64,000 bases of DNA. Origin: Squalus acanthias. Taxonomy: Eukaryota. Every line of letters begins with the position of its first letter. Within the stretch, counting starts at the first letter, position 1. The translations under genes and the position numbers were made by a program. Of the stretch, positions 12,901 to 25,149 are shown one piece after another. Location of the stretch: the NCBI GenBank assembly GCA_030390025.1, contig CM059432.1:59522001-59586000 (forward strand). Reading direction: 5' to 3'. The notes under the pieces were generated by a model. It saw nothing but the letters and a program-made list of their open reading frames with translations, was not told where the DNA came from and made no database searches.

Positions 12901-13112
12901 TCCGAAACACGAAGGGTGGAATTTCAGTTGGAACCCACGTGGAATAAGTCGGAACTGAAGACAATTGCTGAGGAAAGAGATGTGGCTGTGAAAACGAGTC
13001 TTGGCAGATACCTGATCAAACACGAGAAGGAAAATAGAAAGCAATGAAGATGCTTGTTTCTCTCTCCACAATGCTGCCTGACCTGCTGAGTGTTTCCAGC
13101 ATTTTCTGTTAT
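9920..13112 (-). mobile_element. Near full-length degenerate Penelope-like element (RT + GIY-YIG)
   Basis: RT motifs (MDVQSLYT, QIKGVAM.TRMGPSYACLFMG), GIY-YIG region (CKRRRCNTC...FTCTSCNLVYCIRC); pLTR at 9920-10125 with an inverted partial copy at 13050-13112; 11-bp TSD tgttgaaggca at 9909-9919 and 13113-13123. Confidence 0.92.
10080..10120 (-). ncRNA. Minimal hammerhead ribozyme motif in the Penelope pLTR
   Basis: agtt-CTGACGA-a-gggtc-ccc-gactc-GAAA-ca-TT-gact: conserved core, stem II and stem I present; stem III palindrome mutated (ACAT). Confidence 0.7.
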
Positions 13113-13214
13113 TGTTGAAGGCACAACATTGGTGCTACATTTCTAGAGATATCCAGGGACAAGCTTTCCTCGAAAAATATAGAATTTTTATATTAAAATT
13201 ATTCATTTTGATTT

Positions 13215-16200
13215 ATTTTAAGTACATAATCATCCCAGACAACCACGTTTGCAGTAAATGCCTGCATCTTGAGAAACTTCAGCTCAGAGTTTTTGAGCTG
13301 GAGTCTGAGGTGCAGACATTGCGGGGCATCGGGGATGGGGAGAGTTACCTGGACACTTTGATCCAGGAGGCAGTCACACCCCTTAGGTTAGGTAGTGGTA
13401 TAGGTCTGGTTAGTGGTCAGGGACAGGAGGGTGTGACTGCAACTCAGGCTAGTAAGGGGACCCCAGGTGCAGTGCTGGAGGAGCCTCAGCCTTTGCCCTT
13501 GTCCAACAGGTATGAGGTTCTTGCTGCCTGTGTGGATGAGGGAAAAGGTTGCAGGATGGAGGAGCAAGCTGATCATGGTGCAGGAGGCCATTCAAGTGGG
13601 GGGAGTGAAAGGGAATGTAGTTGTGGTAGGGGACAGTATAATCAGGAGGATAGATACTGTTCTTTGCAGCCGCGACCGAGAGTTCTGAAGGTTGTGTTGC
13701 CCGCCTGGTGCCAGGGTAAAAGACATCTTGTGGCTGGAGAAGAACTTGGGGTGGGAGAGGGAGGATCCAGTTGTCGTGGTCCACATAGGAACCAATGACA
13801 TAGGAATGAGGTTCTGCTGAGGGAGTTTGAGGAGCTAGGATTCAAATTAAAAAGCAGAACCTCAAAGGTAATAATCTCTGGATTGTTACCTGAGCCATGC
13901 GCAAATTGGCATAGGGACAAACAGATTAGAAGTTTAAATGCGTGGCACAAAGAGTGGTGTGGGAGGAAGGGGTTTCAGTTCATGGGGCACTGGCACCAGT
14001 ACCGTTGGGACGGGCTCCACTGGGACCAGTGTCCTGACGAACCGAATAATTAGGGCAGAAAACAGGGCTTTAAACTAAAGAAGGGGGGGGGGGTTGTGGG
14101 AGGATTCAGGAAAGAGTAAATTTAAAAGCAGCGAGAGAAATGTCAAGGCTCTAGAGCAGAGTAGAGTTTTGGGTAAAAATAAGCAGAGTGGATCAGGAAG
14201 GGACAGAGAGAGTAACAAAGGTAATAAGGCATCAGTGACTAAGGTGACATCAGGGAAAAATAGAAATAAGTCAAAGCTAAAGGCACTATATCTGAATGCG
14301 CGAAGCATTCGCAACAAAATAGATAAATTAATAGCGCAGATGGAAATTAACAGGTTTGATTTAATAGCCATAACGGAGACGTGGTTGTAAAGTGGCCAAG
14401 GTTGGGAACAAAATATTCCAGGATACTTAACTTTTAGAAGAGATAGGCAATATGGAAAAGGGGGAGGCATAGCCCTGATAATAAAGGATGGGATAAAGAC
14501 AGTAGAGTGAAAGGATCTTAGCTCCGAAAATCAAGTTGAATCCATTTGGGTGGAGCTAAGAAACAGCCAGGGGCAGAAAACATTGGTGGGAGTTGTTTAT
14601 CGGCCCCCAAACAGTAGTTGTAATGTAGGGCAGAGTATAAATCAGGAAATTAGAGGCGTATGTAACAAGGGTAATACAGTAATCATGGGGACTTTAATCT
14701 ACATATAGATTGGGCAAACCAAATTTGCAGTAATAGTGTGGTGAACAAATTCATGGAATGTATGCAAGATAGTTTTCTTGATCAGTATGTTGAGGAACCA
14801 ACTAGGGAACAGGCTATTTTAGATATAGTATTGTGCAATGAGAAAGGGTTAATTAATAACCTTGTAGTAAAGGGGCCTTTAGGGAAGAGTGACCATAATA
14901 TAATAGAATTTTATATTGAGTTTCAAAGTGATTTAGTTAAATTCAAACTAGGGTCCTAAATCTAAACAAAGCAAACTACATAGGTTTGAGGGGCGAGTTG
15001 GCTAAGGTAGATTGGGAAACTACATTAAAAGGTATGATGGTAGAGAAGCAATTTAAAGAATTAATACATAATTTACAACAAATATACATTCCTTTAAGAC
15101 ACAAAAACCCCACAGGAAAAGTGATCCAACCGTGGCTAACAAGAGAAGTTAAAGGGAGTATTAGATCAAAGGAAGAGGCTTATAATGTTGCCAAAAAGAG
15201 CAGTAAGCCTGAGGATTGGGAGGATTTTAGAATTCAGCAAAGGCATACCAAGAAATTGATAAAGAAAGGGAAAATAGAATATGAAAGTAAATTAGCGAGA
15301 GACATAAAAACAGACTGTAAAAGCTTCTATAGGTATGTAAAAAGGAAAAGATTTGCTAAAGTAAATGTGGGTCCATTACAGGCTGAGACAGGAGAAATAA
15401 TGGGGAATAAGGAAATGGCAGAGAAATTAAACAAATATTTGTGTTTGTCTTCACAGAAGAAGACGCAAAAAGCATCCCGGAAATAGAGGAGAACCAAGGC
15501 TCTAGCGAGAATGAGGAACTGAAAGAAATTAGTATTAGTAAAAAAACAGTATTGGAGAAATTAATGGGACTGAAAGCCGATAAATCCCCTGGACCTGATG
15601 GCCTACTTCCTAGGGTTTTGAAAAAGGTGGCTATACAGATAGTAGATGCATTGGTTGTCAATTTCCAAAATTCCATAGATTCTAGAATGGTTCCCACGGA
15701 TTGGAAGGTAGCAAATGTAACCCCACTATTTAAGAAAGAAGGGAGAGAGAAAATGGGTAACTACAGACCAGTTAGCCCGACATCAGTAGTAGGGAAATGA
15801 TAGAATCTATTAATAAGGACATGGTAACAGGGCACTTAGAAAATAATAATAGGATTGGGCAGAGTCAACACGGATTTATGAAAGGGAAATCGTGTTTGAC
15901 AAATCTGTTAGAATTTTTTGAGGTTGTAACTAGCAGAATTGATAAGGGGGAACCAGTGGATGTGGTGTATTTGGATTTTCAGAAGGCATTCGATAAGGTG
16001 CCGCACAAAAGGTTATTAAACAAAATTAGGGCTCATGGGATTGGGGGTAATATACTAGCATGGATTGAAGATTGGTTAACGGACAGAAAACAGAGAGTAG
16101 GAATAAATGGGTTATTTTCGGGTTGGCGGGCTGCAACTAGTGGGGTACCACAAGGATCAGTGCTTGGGCCTCAGCTATTCACAATCTACATCAATGATTT

Positions 16201-17145
16201 GGATGAGGGGACCAAATGTAATATATCCAAGTTTGCTGATGATACAAAGCTGGGTGGGAATGTAAGTTGTGAGGAGGATGCAAGGAGGCTTCAAGAGGAT
16301 ATAGACAGGCTAAGTGAGTGGGCAAGAACATGGCAAATGGAATATAATGTGGAGAAATGTGAAGTTATCCACTTTGGTAGGAAAAATAGAAAAGCTGAGT
16401 ATTTTTTAAATGGTGAGAGATTGGGAAATGTTGGTGTTCAGACGGACCTGGGTGTCCTTTTACACGAATCACTGAAAGTTAACATGCAGGTACAGTAAGC
16501 AATTAGGAAAGCAAATGGTATGATGGGCTTTATCACAAGAGAATTTGAGTATAAGATTAAAGACATCTTACTGCAATTATATAGGGCCTTGGTGAGACCA
16601 CACCTGGAGTATTGTGTACAGTTTTGGTCTCCTTACCTAAGGAAGATTATACTTGCCATAGAGGAAGTGCAACGAAAGTTCACCAGACTGGTTCCTGGGA
16701 TGGGGGGATTGTCCTATGAGGCCTATATTCTCTAGCGTTTAGAAGAATGAGAGGTGATCTCATTGAAACATACAAAATTCTTACAGGGCTTGACAGGGTA
16801 GATGCAGGGAGGAGGTTTCTCCTGGCTGGGGAGTCTAGAACCAGGGGTCACAGTCTCAGAATAAGGGGTCGGCCATTTAGGACTGAGATGAGGAGAAATG
16901 TCTTCACACAGAGGGTGGTGAATCTTTGGAATTCTCTACCCCAGCGGGCTGTAGAGACTCAGTCGTTGAGTATATTCAAGACAGAGAGCGATAGATTTTT
17001 GATTATTAAGGGAATCAAGGGATTTGCGGATAGTGCAGGAAAGTGGAGATGAGGTAGAAGATCAGCCATGATCTTATTGAATGTCGGAGCAGGCTCGAAG
17101 GGCCAAATGGCCTACTCCTGCTCCTATTTCTTATGTATGTTCTTA
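13215..17145 (+). mobile_element. Near full-length degenerate CR1 LINE (ORF1 + ORF2)
   Basis: ORF1 remnants (HVCSKC, coiled coil, VVGDSII esterase motif), endonuclease (YLNARSI, ITETWL), RT (LDFQKAFD, FADD), CR1 tail; many stops and frameshifts. Confidence 0.92.
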
Positions 17146-17184
17146 TAATACTTCCTAATAGTGGTTTTTTTCTGTTGTAATGAT

Positions 17185-18685
17185 TAAAAATTCCCTGGAT
17201 TCTGGAGAGGTCCCAGCAGACTGGAAAACCACAAATGTAACGCCCCTATTTAAGAAAGGAGGGAGACATAAAGCAGGGAACTATCGACCAGTTAGCCTAA
17301 CATCTGTCATTGGGAAAATGCTGGAGTTCATCATTAAGGAAGTGGTAGCAGGACATTTAGAAAATCATAATATAGTCAAGCAGAGTCAGCATGGTTTTCT
17401 GAAAGGGAAATCATGTTTGACAAATTTGCTGGTGTTCTTTGAGGATGTAACGAGCAGGGTGGATAAAGGTGAACCAGTAGATGTCATGTATTTGGATTTC
17501 CAGAAGGCATTCGACAAGGTGCCACAAAAAAAGTTACTACACAAGATAAGAGCTCACGGGTTTGGGGGTAATATATTAGCATGGATAGAGGATTGGCTAA
17601 CTAACAGAAAACAGAGTCAGGATAAATGGGTCATTTTCAAGGTGGCAAACTGTATCTAGTGGGGTGCCACAGGGATCAGTGCTGGGGCCTCAACTATTTA
17701 CAATCTATATTAATGACTTGGATGAAGGGACCGAATGTAATGTAGCCAAATTTGCAGATGATACAAAGATAGGTGGGAAAGCAAATTGTGTGGAGGACGC
17801 AAAGAATCTCCAAAGGGATATAGATAGGCTAAGTGAGTGGGGAAAAATCTGGCAGATGGAGTTTAATGTGGGAAAATGCGAGGTTATCCACTTTGGTAGG
17901 AAAAATAAAAAAAGCAAATTATTATTTAAATGGGGAGTGATTACAAAATGTTGAGGTACAGAGGGATCTGGGGGTCCTTGTACATGAATCACAAAAAGTT
18001 AGCATGCAGGTACAGCAAGTAATTAGGAAGGGAAATGGAGTGTTGGCCTTTATTGCAAAGGGAATGGAGTATAAAAATAAGAAAGTCCTGTTACAACTGT
18101 ACAGGGCATTGGTGAGACCACACCTGGAGTACTGCATACAGTTTTGATCTCTTTATTTAAGGAAGGATATACTTGCATTGGAGGCAGTTCAGAGAAGGTT
18201 CACGAGGTTGATTCCGGAGATGAAGGGGTTGTCTTATGGAGAAAGGTTGAGCAGGTTGGGCCTATACTCAATGGAGTTTAGAAGAATGAGAGGGGATCTT
18301 ATTGAAACATTTAAGATTCTGAAGGGGCTTGACAAGGTAGATGCAGAGAGGATGTTTCCCCTCGTGGGGGAATCTAGAACTAGGGGGCATAATTTCAGAA
18401 TAAGGGGGCACCCATTTAAATCGGAAATGAGGAGGAATTTCTTCTATTAGAGGGTCGTGAACCTTTGTAATTCTCTTCCCCAGAGAGCTGTGGAGGCTGT
18501 GTCATTGAATATATTTAAGGTGGAAATAGACAGATTTTTGAAAGGTAAGGGAGTCAAGGGTTATGGGGAGCGGGCAGGGAAGTGGAGTTGAGGCCAAGAT
18601 CAGATCAGCCATGATCTTATTGAATGGTGGAGCAGGCTCGAGGGGCCCAATGACCTACTCCTGCTCCTACGTCTTATGTTCTTAT
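17185..18685 (+). mobile_element. 5'-truncated CR1 LINE
   Basis: RT fragments in ORFs 17180-17659, 17664-17954 and 18178-18450, plus CR1 3' tail. Confidence 0.9.
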
Positions 18686-19132
18686 AAGTGACTTTGGGAT
18701 TTTCAACTGACAAACCAGACCATTACATCCCCAAATGTTGGCTGAGCAACACCCCGCATCCAACTACCTTGTCCCTAGTTCACAAAGACACTTTATGCCC
18801 TTTGGACCTAGTTCACAGAGCCAATATCTCCTCCCCTAACCCACTCAGGTCACACTGCACCGTTTCCTCTCTTAAATTGCTTTTTGAGTTAGGTGAAACA
18901 ATGATTAAGTACTATGTTCAGCTCTCTATCTACTTTACACTTCTTGGGATCATTGGCTTATGCTATTTACACTTATTTACATGCTTTTTACACCATTTCT
19001 GTCTATCTCTCTCTCCCCCCTTAACCTCTGCCTTGTCTTTACTGTCCTTCATGTATTTCCATCTCGCTAAACGTCTCCCTCTATCTCCTTCGCTTCTGTC
19101 TGTCTGCTTTTTTCTTCACTTCTATGTCTTTG

Positions 19133-22100
19133 TTTTTTTTTATTCGTTCCTGGGATCTGGGTGTCACTGACAAGACCAGTATTTATTGCCAATCCCTAGT
19201 TGCCCTTGAGAAGGTGGTGGTGAGCCGCCTTCTTGAACCACTGCATTCCGTGTGGTGCAGGGATTCCCATAGTGCTGTTAGAGAGGGAGTTCCAGCGACA
19301 ATGAAGGAATGGCGAAATATTTCCAAGTCAGGATGGTGTGTGACTTGGAGGGGAACTTGGAGGTGGTGGTGTTCCCATGCGCCTGCTGCCCTTGTTCTTC
19401 TAGGTGGTAGAGGTCGTGGGTTTGGGAAGTGCTGTTGAAGAAGTCTTGGCGAGTTGCTGCAGTGCATCTTGTAGATGGTACACACTGCAGCCACAGTGCG
19501 TCGGTGGTGGAGGGAGTGAATGTTTAAGGTGGTGGATGGGGTGCCAGTCAAGCAGGCTGCTTTGTCCTGGATGGTGTCGAGCTTCTTGAATGTTGTTGGA
19601 GCTGCACTCATCCAGGCAAGTGGAGAGTATTCCATGATACTCCTGACTTGTGCCTTGTAGATGGTTGAAAGGCTTTGGGGAGTCAGTAGGTGAGTCCATC
19701 GCTGCAGAATACCCAGCCTCTGACCTGCTCTTGTAGCCACAGTATTTACGTGGCTGGGCCAGTTAAATGTCTGGTCAATGGTAACCCCAGGGCATGGACT
19801 GCTTCATTATCTGAGGAGTTGTGAATGGAACTAAACACTGTGCAATCATCAGCGAACATCCCCACTTCTGACCTTATGATGGAGGGAAGGTCATTGATGA
19901 AGCAGCTGTAGATGGTTGGGCCTAGGACACCGCCCTGAGGAAATCCTGTGGCGATGTCCTGGGGCTGTGATGATTGACCTCCAACCACCACAACCATCTT
20001 GAGAGTAAACTGGCAAGAAACATTAAAACAGCTAGTGAGAGCTTCTAGAAGTATATAAAAAGGAAGAGGGTAGCTAAAGTAAACGTTGGTCCCTTAGAGG
20101 ATGAGACTGGGGAATTAATAATGGGGAACGGGGAAATGGCAGACACTCTGAACAAATATTTTGTATCTGTCTTCACGGTAGAAGACACTAACAACATCCC
20201 AATAATGGATAATCAAGGGGCCACAGGGAGGGGGGGATCTAAAGACAATCACTATCACTAAGGAAATAGTACTTGGTAAAATAATGGGACTAAAAGATGA
20301 CAAGTCCCCTGGACCAGATGGCCTGCATCCCAGGGTCTTAAAAGACATGGCTGCAGAGATAGTGGATGCATTGGTTGCAATATACCAAAATTCCCTGGAC
20401 TCTGGAGAGGTGCCAGCGGATTGGAAAACCGCAAATGTAACACCCTTATTTAAGAAAGGAGGGAGACAGAAAGCAGGAAACTATAGACCAGTTAGCCTAA
20501 CATCTGTCATTGGGAAAATGCTGGAGTCCTTCATTAAGGAAGCAGTAGCAGGGCATTTAGAAAATCATAATGCAGTCAGGTAGAGTCAGCATGGTTTTAT
20601 GAAAGGGAAATCATGTTTAACAAATTTGCTGGAGTTCTTTGAGGAGGTAACGAGCAGGGTGGACAAAGGTGAATCAGTGGATGTGGTGTATTTGGATTTC
20701 CAGAAGGCATTCGATAAGGTGCCAGATAAAAGGTTACTGCATAAGATAAGAGCTCACGGAATTGGGGGTAATATATTAGCATGGATAGAGAATTGGCTAA
20801 CTAACAGAAAGCAGAGAGTTAGGATAATGGGTCATTTTCAGGGTGGCAAACGGTAACTAGTGGGGTGCCACAGGGATCGGTGCTGGAGCCTCAACTATTT
20901 ACAATCTACATTAATGACTTGGATGAAGGGACCGAGTGTAATGTAGCCAAGTTTGCAGATGATACAAAGATGGGTGGGAAAGCAAGTTGTGCAGAGGACT
21001 CAAAGAACATGAAAAGGGATATAGACAGGCTAAGTGAGTGGGCAAACATTTGGCAGATGGAGTATAATGTAGGAAAGTGCAAGGTTATACATTTTGGCAG
21101 GAAAAATAAAAAAGCAAATTATTTAAATGGAGAGAGATTACAAAATGCTACAGTTCAGAGGGACCTGGAGGTCCTTGTGCATGATACACAAAAAGTTAGC
21201 ATGCAGGTACAGCAAGTAATCAAAAAGGCAAATGGAATGTTGGCCTTTATTTCAAAGGGGTTGGAGTATAAAAGCAGGGAAGTCCTGCTACAACTGTACA
21301 GGGTATTGGTGAGACCACACCTTGAGTACTGCATACAGTTTTGGTCTTCTTATTTAAAGAAGGATATACTTGCATTGGAAGCAGTTCAGGGACGATTCAC
21401 TCGGTTAATTCCAGAGATGAAGGGGTTGACTTATGAGGAAAGGTTGAGCAGGCTGGGCCTATACTCATTGGAATTTAGAAGAATGGGAGGTGATCTTATT
21501 GAAACATAAGATTCTGAGTGGGCTTGACAGGGTAGATGCAGAGAGGATGTTTCCTCTCGTGGGGAAATCTAGAACGCAGAGGCACAGTTTTAGAATAAAG
21601 GGTCGCCCTTTTAGAACTGAGATGAGGAGGAATTTCTTCTCTCAGAGGTTTGTAAATCTGTGGAATTGTCTGCCCCAGAGAGCTGTGGAGGCTGGGTCAT
21701 TAAATACATTTAAGGTGGAGATAGACAGATTTTTGCAAAATAAGGGAATGAAGGGTTATGGGGAGCGGGCGGGGAAGTGGCTTTGAGCCCAAGATCAGCC
21801 ATGATCTTATTGAATGGCGGAGCAGGCTCAAGGGGCCAAGTGGCCTATTCCTGCTCCTATTTCTTATGTTCTTATGTTCCTTTGTGCTAGGTATGACTCC
21901 AGCCAGTGGAGAGTTTTCCCCCCGATTCCCATTGACTTCAGTTTGACTAGGGCTCCTTGATGCCACACTCAGTCAAATGCTGCCTTGATGTCAAGGGCAG
22001 TCACTCTCACCTCACCTCTGGAATTCAGTTCCTTTTGTCCATGTTTGGACCAAGGCTGTAATGAGGTTGGGAGCCGAGTGGTCCTGGCAGAACCCAAACT

Positions 22101-22651
22101 GAGCATTGGTGTGCAGGTTATTGGTGAGTAAGTGGCGCTTGATACCACTGTCAACGACACCTTCCATCACTTTGCTGCTGATTGAGAGTAGACTGATGGG
22201 GCAGAAATTGTCTGGATTGGATTTGTCCTACTTTTTGTGGACAGGACATACCCAGGCAGTTTTCCACATTGTCGGATAGATGCTAGTGTTGTAGCTGTAC
22301 TGGAACAGCTTGGCTAGAGGCACGGCTAGTTCTGGAGCACAAGTCTTCAGCACGACAGCCGGGATGCTGTCGGGGCCCATAGCCTTTGCTGTATCCAGTG
22401 CGCTCAGTCGTTTCTTGATATCACGTGGAGCAAATCGAATTGGCTGAAGACTGGCTTCTGTGATGGTGGGGACCTCAGGAGGAGGCCAAGAAGTATTATC
22501 CACTCGGCACTTCTGGCTGAAGATGATTGGAAACGCTTCAGCCTTGTCTTTTGCACTCACGTGCTGGGCTCCATCATTATTGAGGATGGGGTTATTCATG
22601 GAGCCTCCTCCTCCCGTTAGTTGTTTAATGGTCCACCACCATTCACCATGG
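19133..22651 (-). mobile_element. HER1-type LINE interrupted by a CR1
   Basis: ORFs 19183-19740, 19746-19997 and 22228-22677; the two halves rejoin as acaaccatctt|cctttgtgctagg across 20001-21877. Confidence 0.9.
20001..21877 (+). mobile_element. 5'-truncated CR1 nested in the HER1-type LINE
   Basis: RT ORFs between 20284 and 21786, and a ttcttatgttcttatgt tail. Confidence 0.9.
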
Positions 22652-22921
22652 TCCATGAGGCTCCATGGCATGCACAAAAATGGCCCATGAAAATAAAAAG
22701 CTTGGACACTCTTGTTTTAAACAGTCACTCTGCATAGTATGGCTGTGTGAAACTGTCATCTAAATGTTGGAAATACACAGGATATCTGTAGGCATCTGAT
22801 AAAATAGAAGCTAGGTTGATATTTTGGGTGGAAATCTTTTCCCACTACTGAAAAATAAAGGATTGTCTAAAACAAGGAGAGGAGAACAATTTGGTAATAG
22901 TCATGAATGCAGAAATCTAAT

Positions 22922-23668
22922 GGCCTAGAAATTCGGGGATTTAGCACCACCGGTTCCTGCCAGATTCAGGCAAAACAATGGTGGCTGCCGGTCTTCCGCC
23001 AGCTGGTCCCATGGCAGCCACAATTTATGGATGGCCAGCGACGCTGCTGATATCAGTGATCGCGAAAATAATGGAAATGATGTAAATCGTGACAGCAGTG
23101 AGTGTGCAAGGCTCACTTGACGCCCAATCTGTGAGTTTGGAGTTCGCTGTTCAACTTACCGGCTTCCCTCAAGTGCAACCAGCTGAGCAAGCGTTAACAA
23201 GCAGGATGGAGGCTCCAGCTGCGTTATTTAAAGGGATCATCAGCAACAACTTGCAGCTGACATGTTTCTTCAGTTTGACTGACTCTGTGCAAATTTCTGC
23301 AACTCCAGCAGCTTTCTAAACTTCTTTCAAGGTCCTAAGGTAACAGGGCGTGTTGGGGCAAGTGGAGAACACCTTCATTCATATTAAAAGGCTTCTGCTC
23401 ATAACACTTGCTCACAGTCATGGGGGCTCTACTGGCAGTCCCCCTCACGCTCGAGTATCTTCAGGAGAGGGAGGGGAGGCAGCGAAGGAGAGGAGAAGAT
23501 GCGCACAGAGGGAGGAGGAGGAGGGCCAGGAGGGCTCTTAACAGGAGCCCTTACCCATCTAGGGTCTTCTGAGAGCACTTCTCTTATCTCCACTTAAGTG
23601 AGGAGCAGTGTTTTAGGAAGCTCCGCTTCAGCAAGGAAGTGGTCACAGAACTCAGCCACGTCCTGCGT
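22922..23668 (+). mobile_element. PIF/Harbinger DNA transposon, left-end fragment with transposase remnant
   Basis: Begins aat|ggcctagaaattc (same TIR type as the MITEs below); 23540-23666 translates RSPYPSRVF*EHFSYLHLSEEQCFRKLRFSKEVVTELSHVL, resembling Harbinger/HARBI1 N-termini. Confidence 0.65.
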
Positions 23669-25149
23669 GGCTCAAAGAGTGGTGTGGGAGGAAGGGGTTT
23701 CAATTCATGGGGCACTGGCACCAGTACTGGGGAAAGAGGAAGCTGTTCCATTGGGATTGGCTCCACTGACGGGCAAATCAAATAACTCGGGCTGTAGATA
23801 GGGCTTTAAACTAAAAAGCAGCGGTGGGGGGTGCTGGGTTGGGGGCGGGGGGAGGGGTCAGGTATGGGGAAATTCAGAAATCTGATGAGAAAAGTCAAGG
23901 CAATGGAGCAGTGCAGGGATTTGGGTAAAGATAAGCAGAGTGACAGGAAAGGACAGAGTTTAATGGTAAAAGTGCATCAGTGACTAAGGTGAATGCAGGG
24001 AAAAATGGTAAAAAGCTAAAATTAAAGGCTCTTTATCTGAAAGCACGAAGCATTCATAACAGGATAGATGAATTAGTGGCACAAATAGAGATAAATGGGT
24101 TTGATCTAATAGCTATTACAGAGACGTGGTTGCAAGGTGACCAATGTTGGGGATTAAATATTCCAGTGTACTGGACATTTCGAAAAGACAGGCAGAATGG
24201 AAGTGGGGTGGGGGGGGCAGCCCTAATAATAAAGGATGACATAAGGAAAGTAGTGGGAAAGGATCTTGGCTTGGAAGATTAGGAAGCAGAATCAGTACGG
24301 GTGGAGAAAAGAAATAAGAAGGGGCAGAAAACACTGGTGGGAGTAGTTTATCGGCCCCCAAACAGTAGCCACACCATTGGACAGCGTATTAATCAAGCAA
24401 TAACAGGAGCTTGTAACAAAGGTAATACAATAATTGTGGGGGACTTTAATCTTCATATAGACTGGGCAAATCAAATTGGCAAAGGTAGTCTGGAGGATGA
24501 GTTCATGGAATGTATTCAAGACAGTTTTCTAGAACAATACATCATGGAACCAACCAGGGAACAGGGTATTTTAGATCTTGTATTGTGTAATAAGACAGGT
24601 TTAATTAGTAATCTCATAGTAAAGGATCCTCTGGTGAAGAGTGATCATAATATAAGTATTTCATCTGAAACCCAATGCGAAATTCTAAGTCCAAAATGAG
24701 AGTCTTAAACTTAAATAAAGCCAATTACATAGAATATACATTACATTGAGAAATAAAAAGTGGTCCATCCGTGGCTAACTAAAGAAGTTATGGATAGTAT
24801 TAGATTAAAAGAAGAGGCTTATAATGTTGCGAAGAATAGTAGTAAGTCCAAGGATTGGGAGAGCTTTAGAAACCAGCAATGGATAACCAAAAAACTGATA
24901 AAAAGGGAGAAAATAGAATGACAGTAAACTAGCAAGAAATATAAAAACATTGTAAGAGCTTCTACAAGTATGTAAAAAGGAAGAGAGTAGCAAAATTAAG
25001 CATTGGTCCTTTAGAGGCTGAGACAGGAGAAATTATAATGGGGAATAAGGAAATAGCAGGGACTTTAAACAAATATTTTGTATCTGTCTTCACAGTAGAA
25101 GACACAAAAAGCATAACAAAAATATTGGGGAACCAAGGGGTATGGGAGC

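Noticed and set aside
18688..19170. 160-aa hydrophobic ORF
   Set aside because: Arises from CT-rich low-complexity sequence next to a LINE tail
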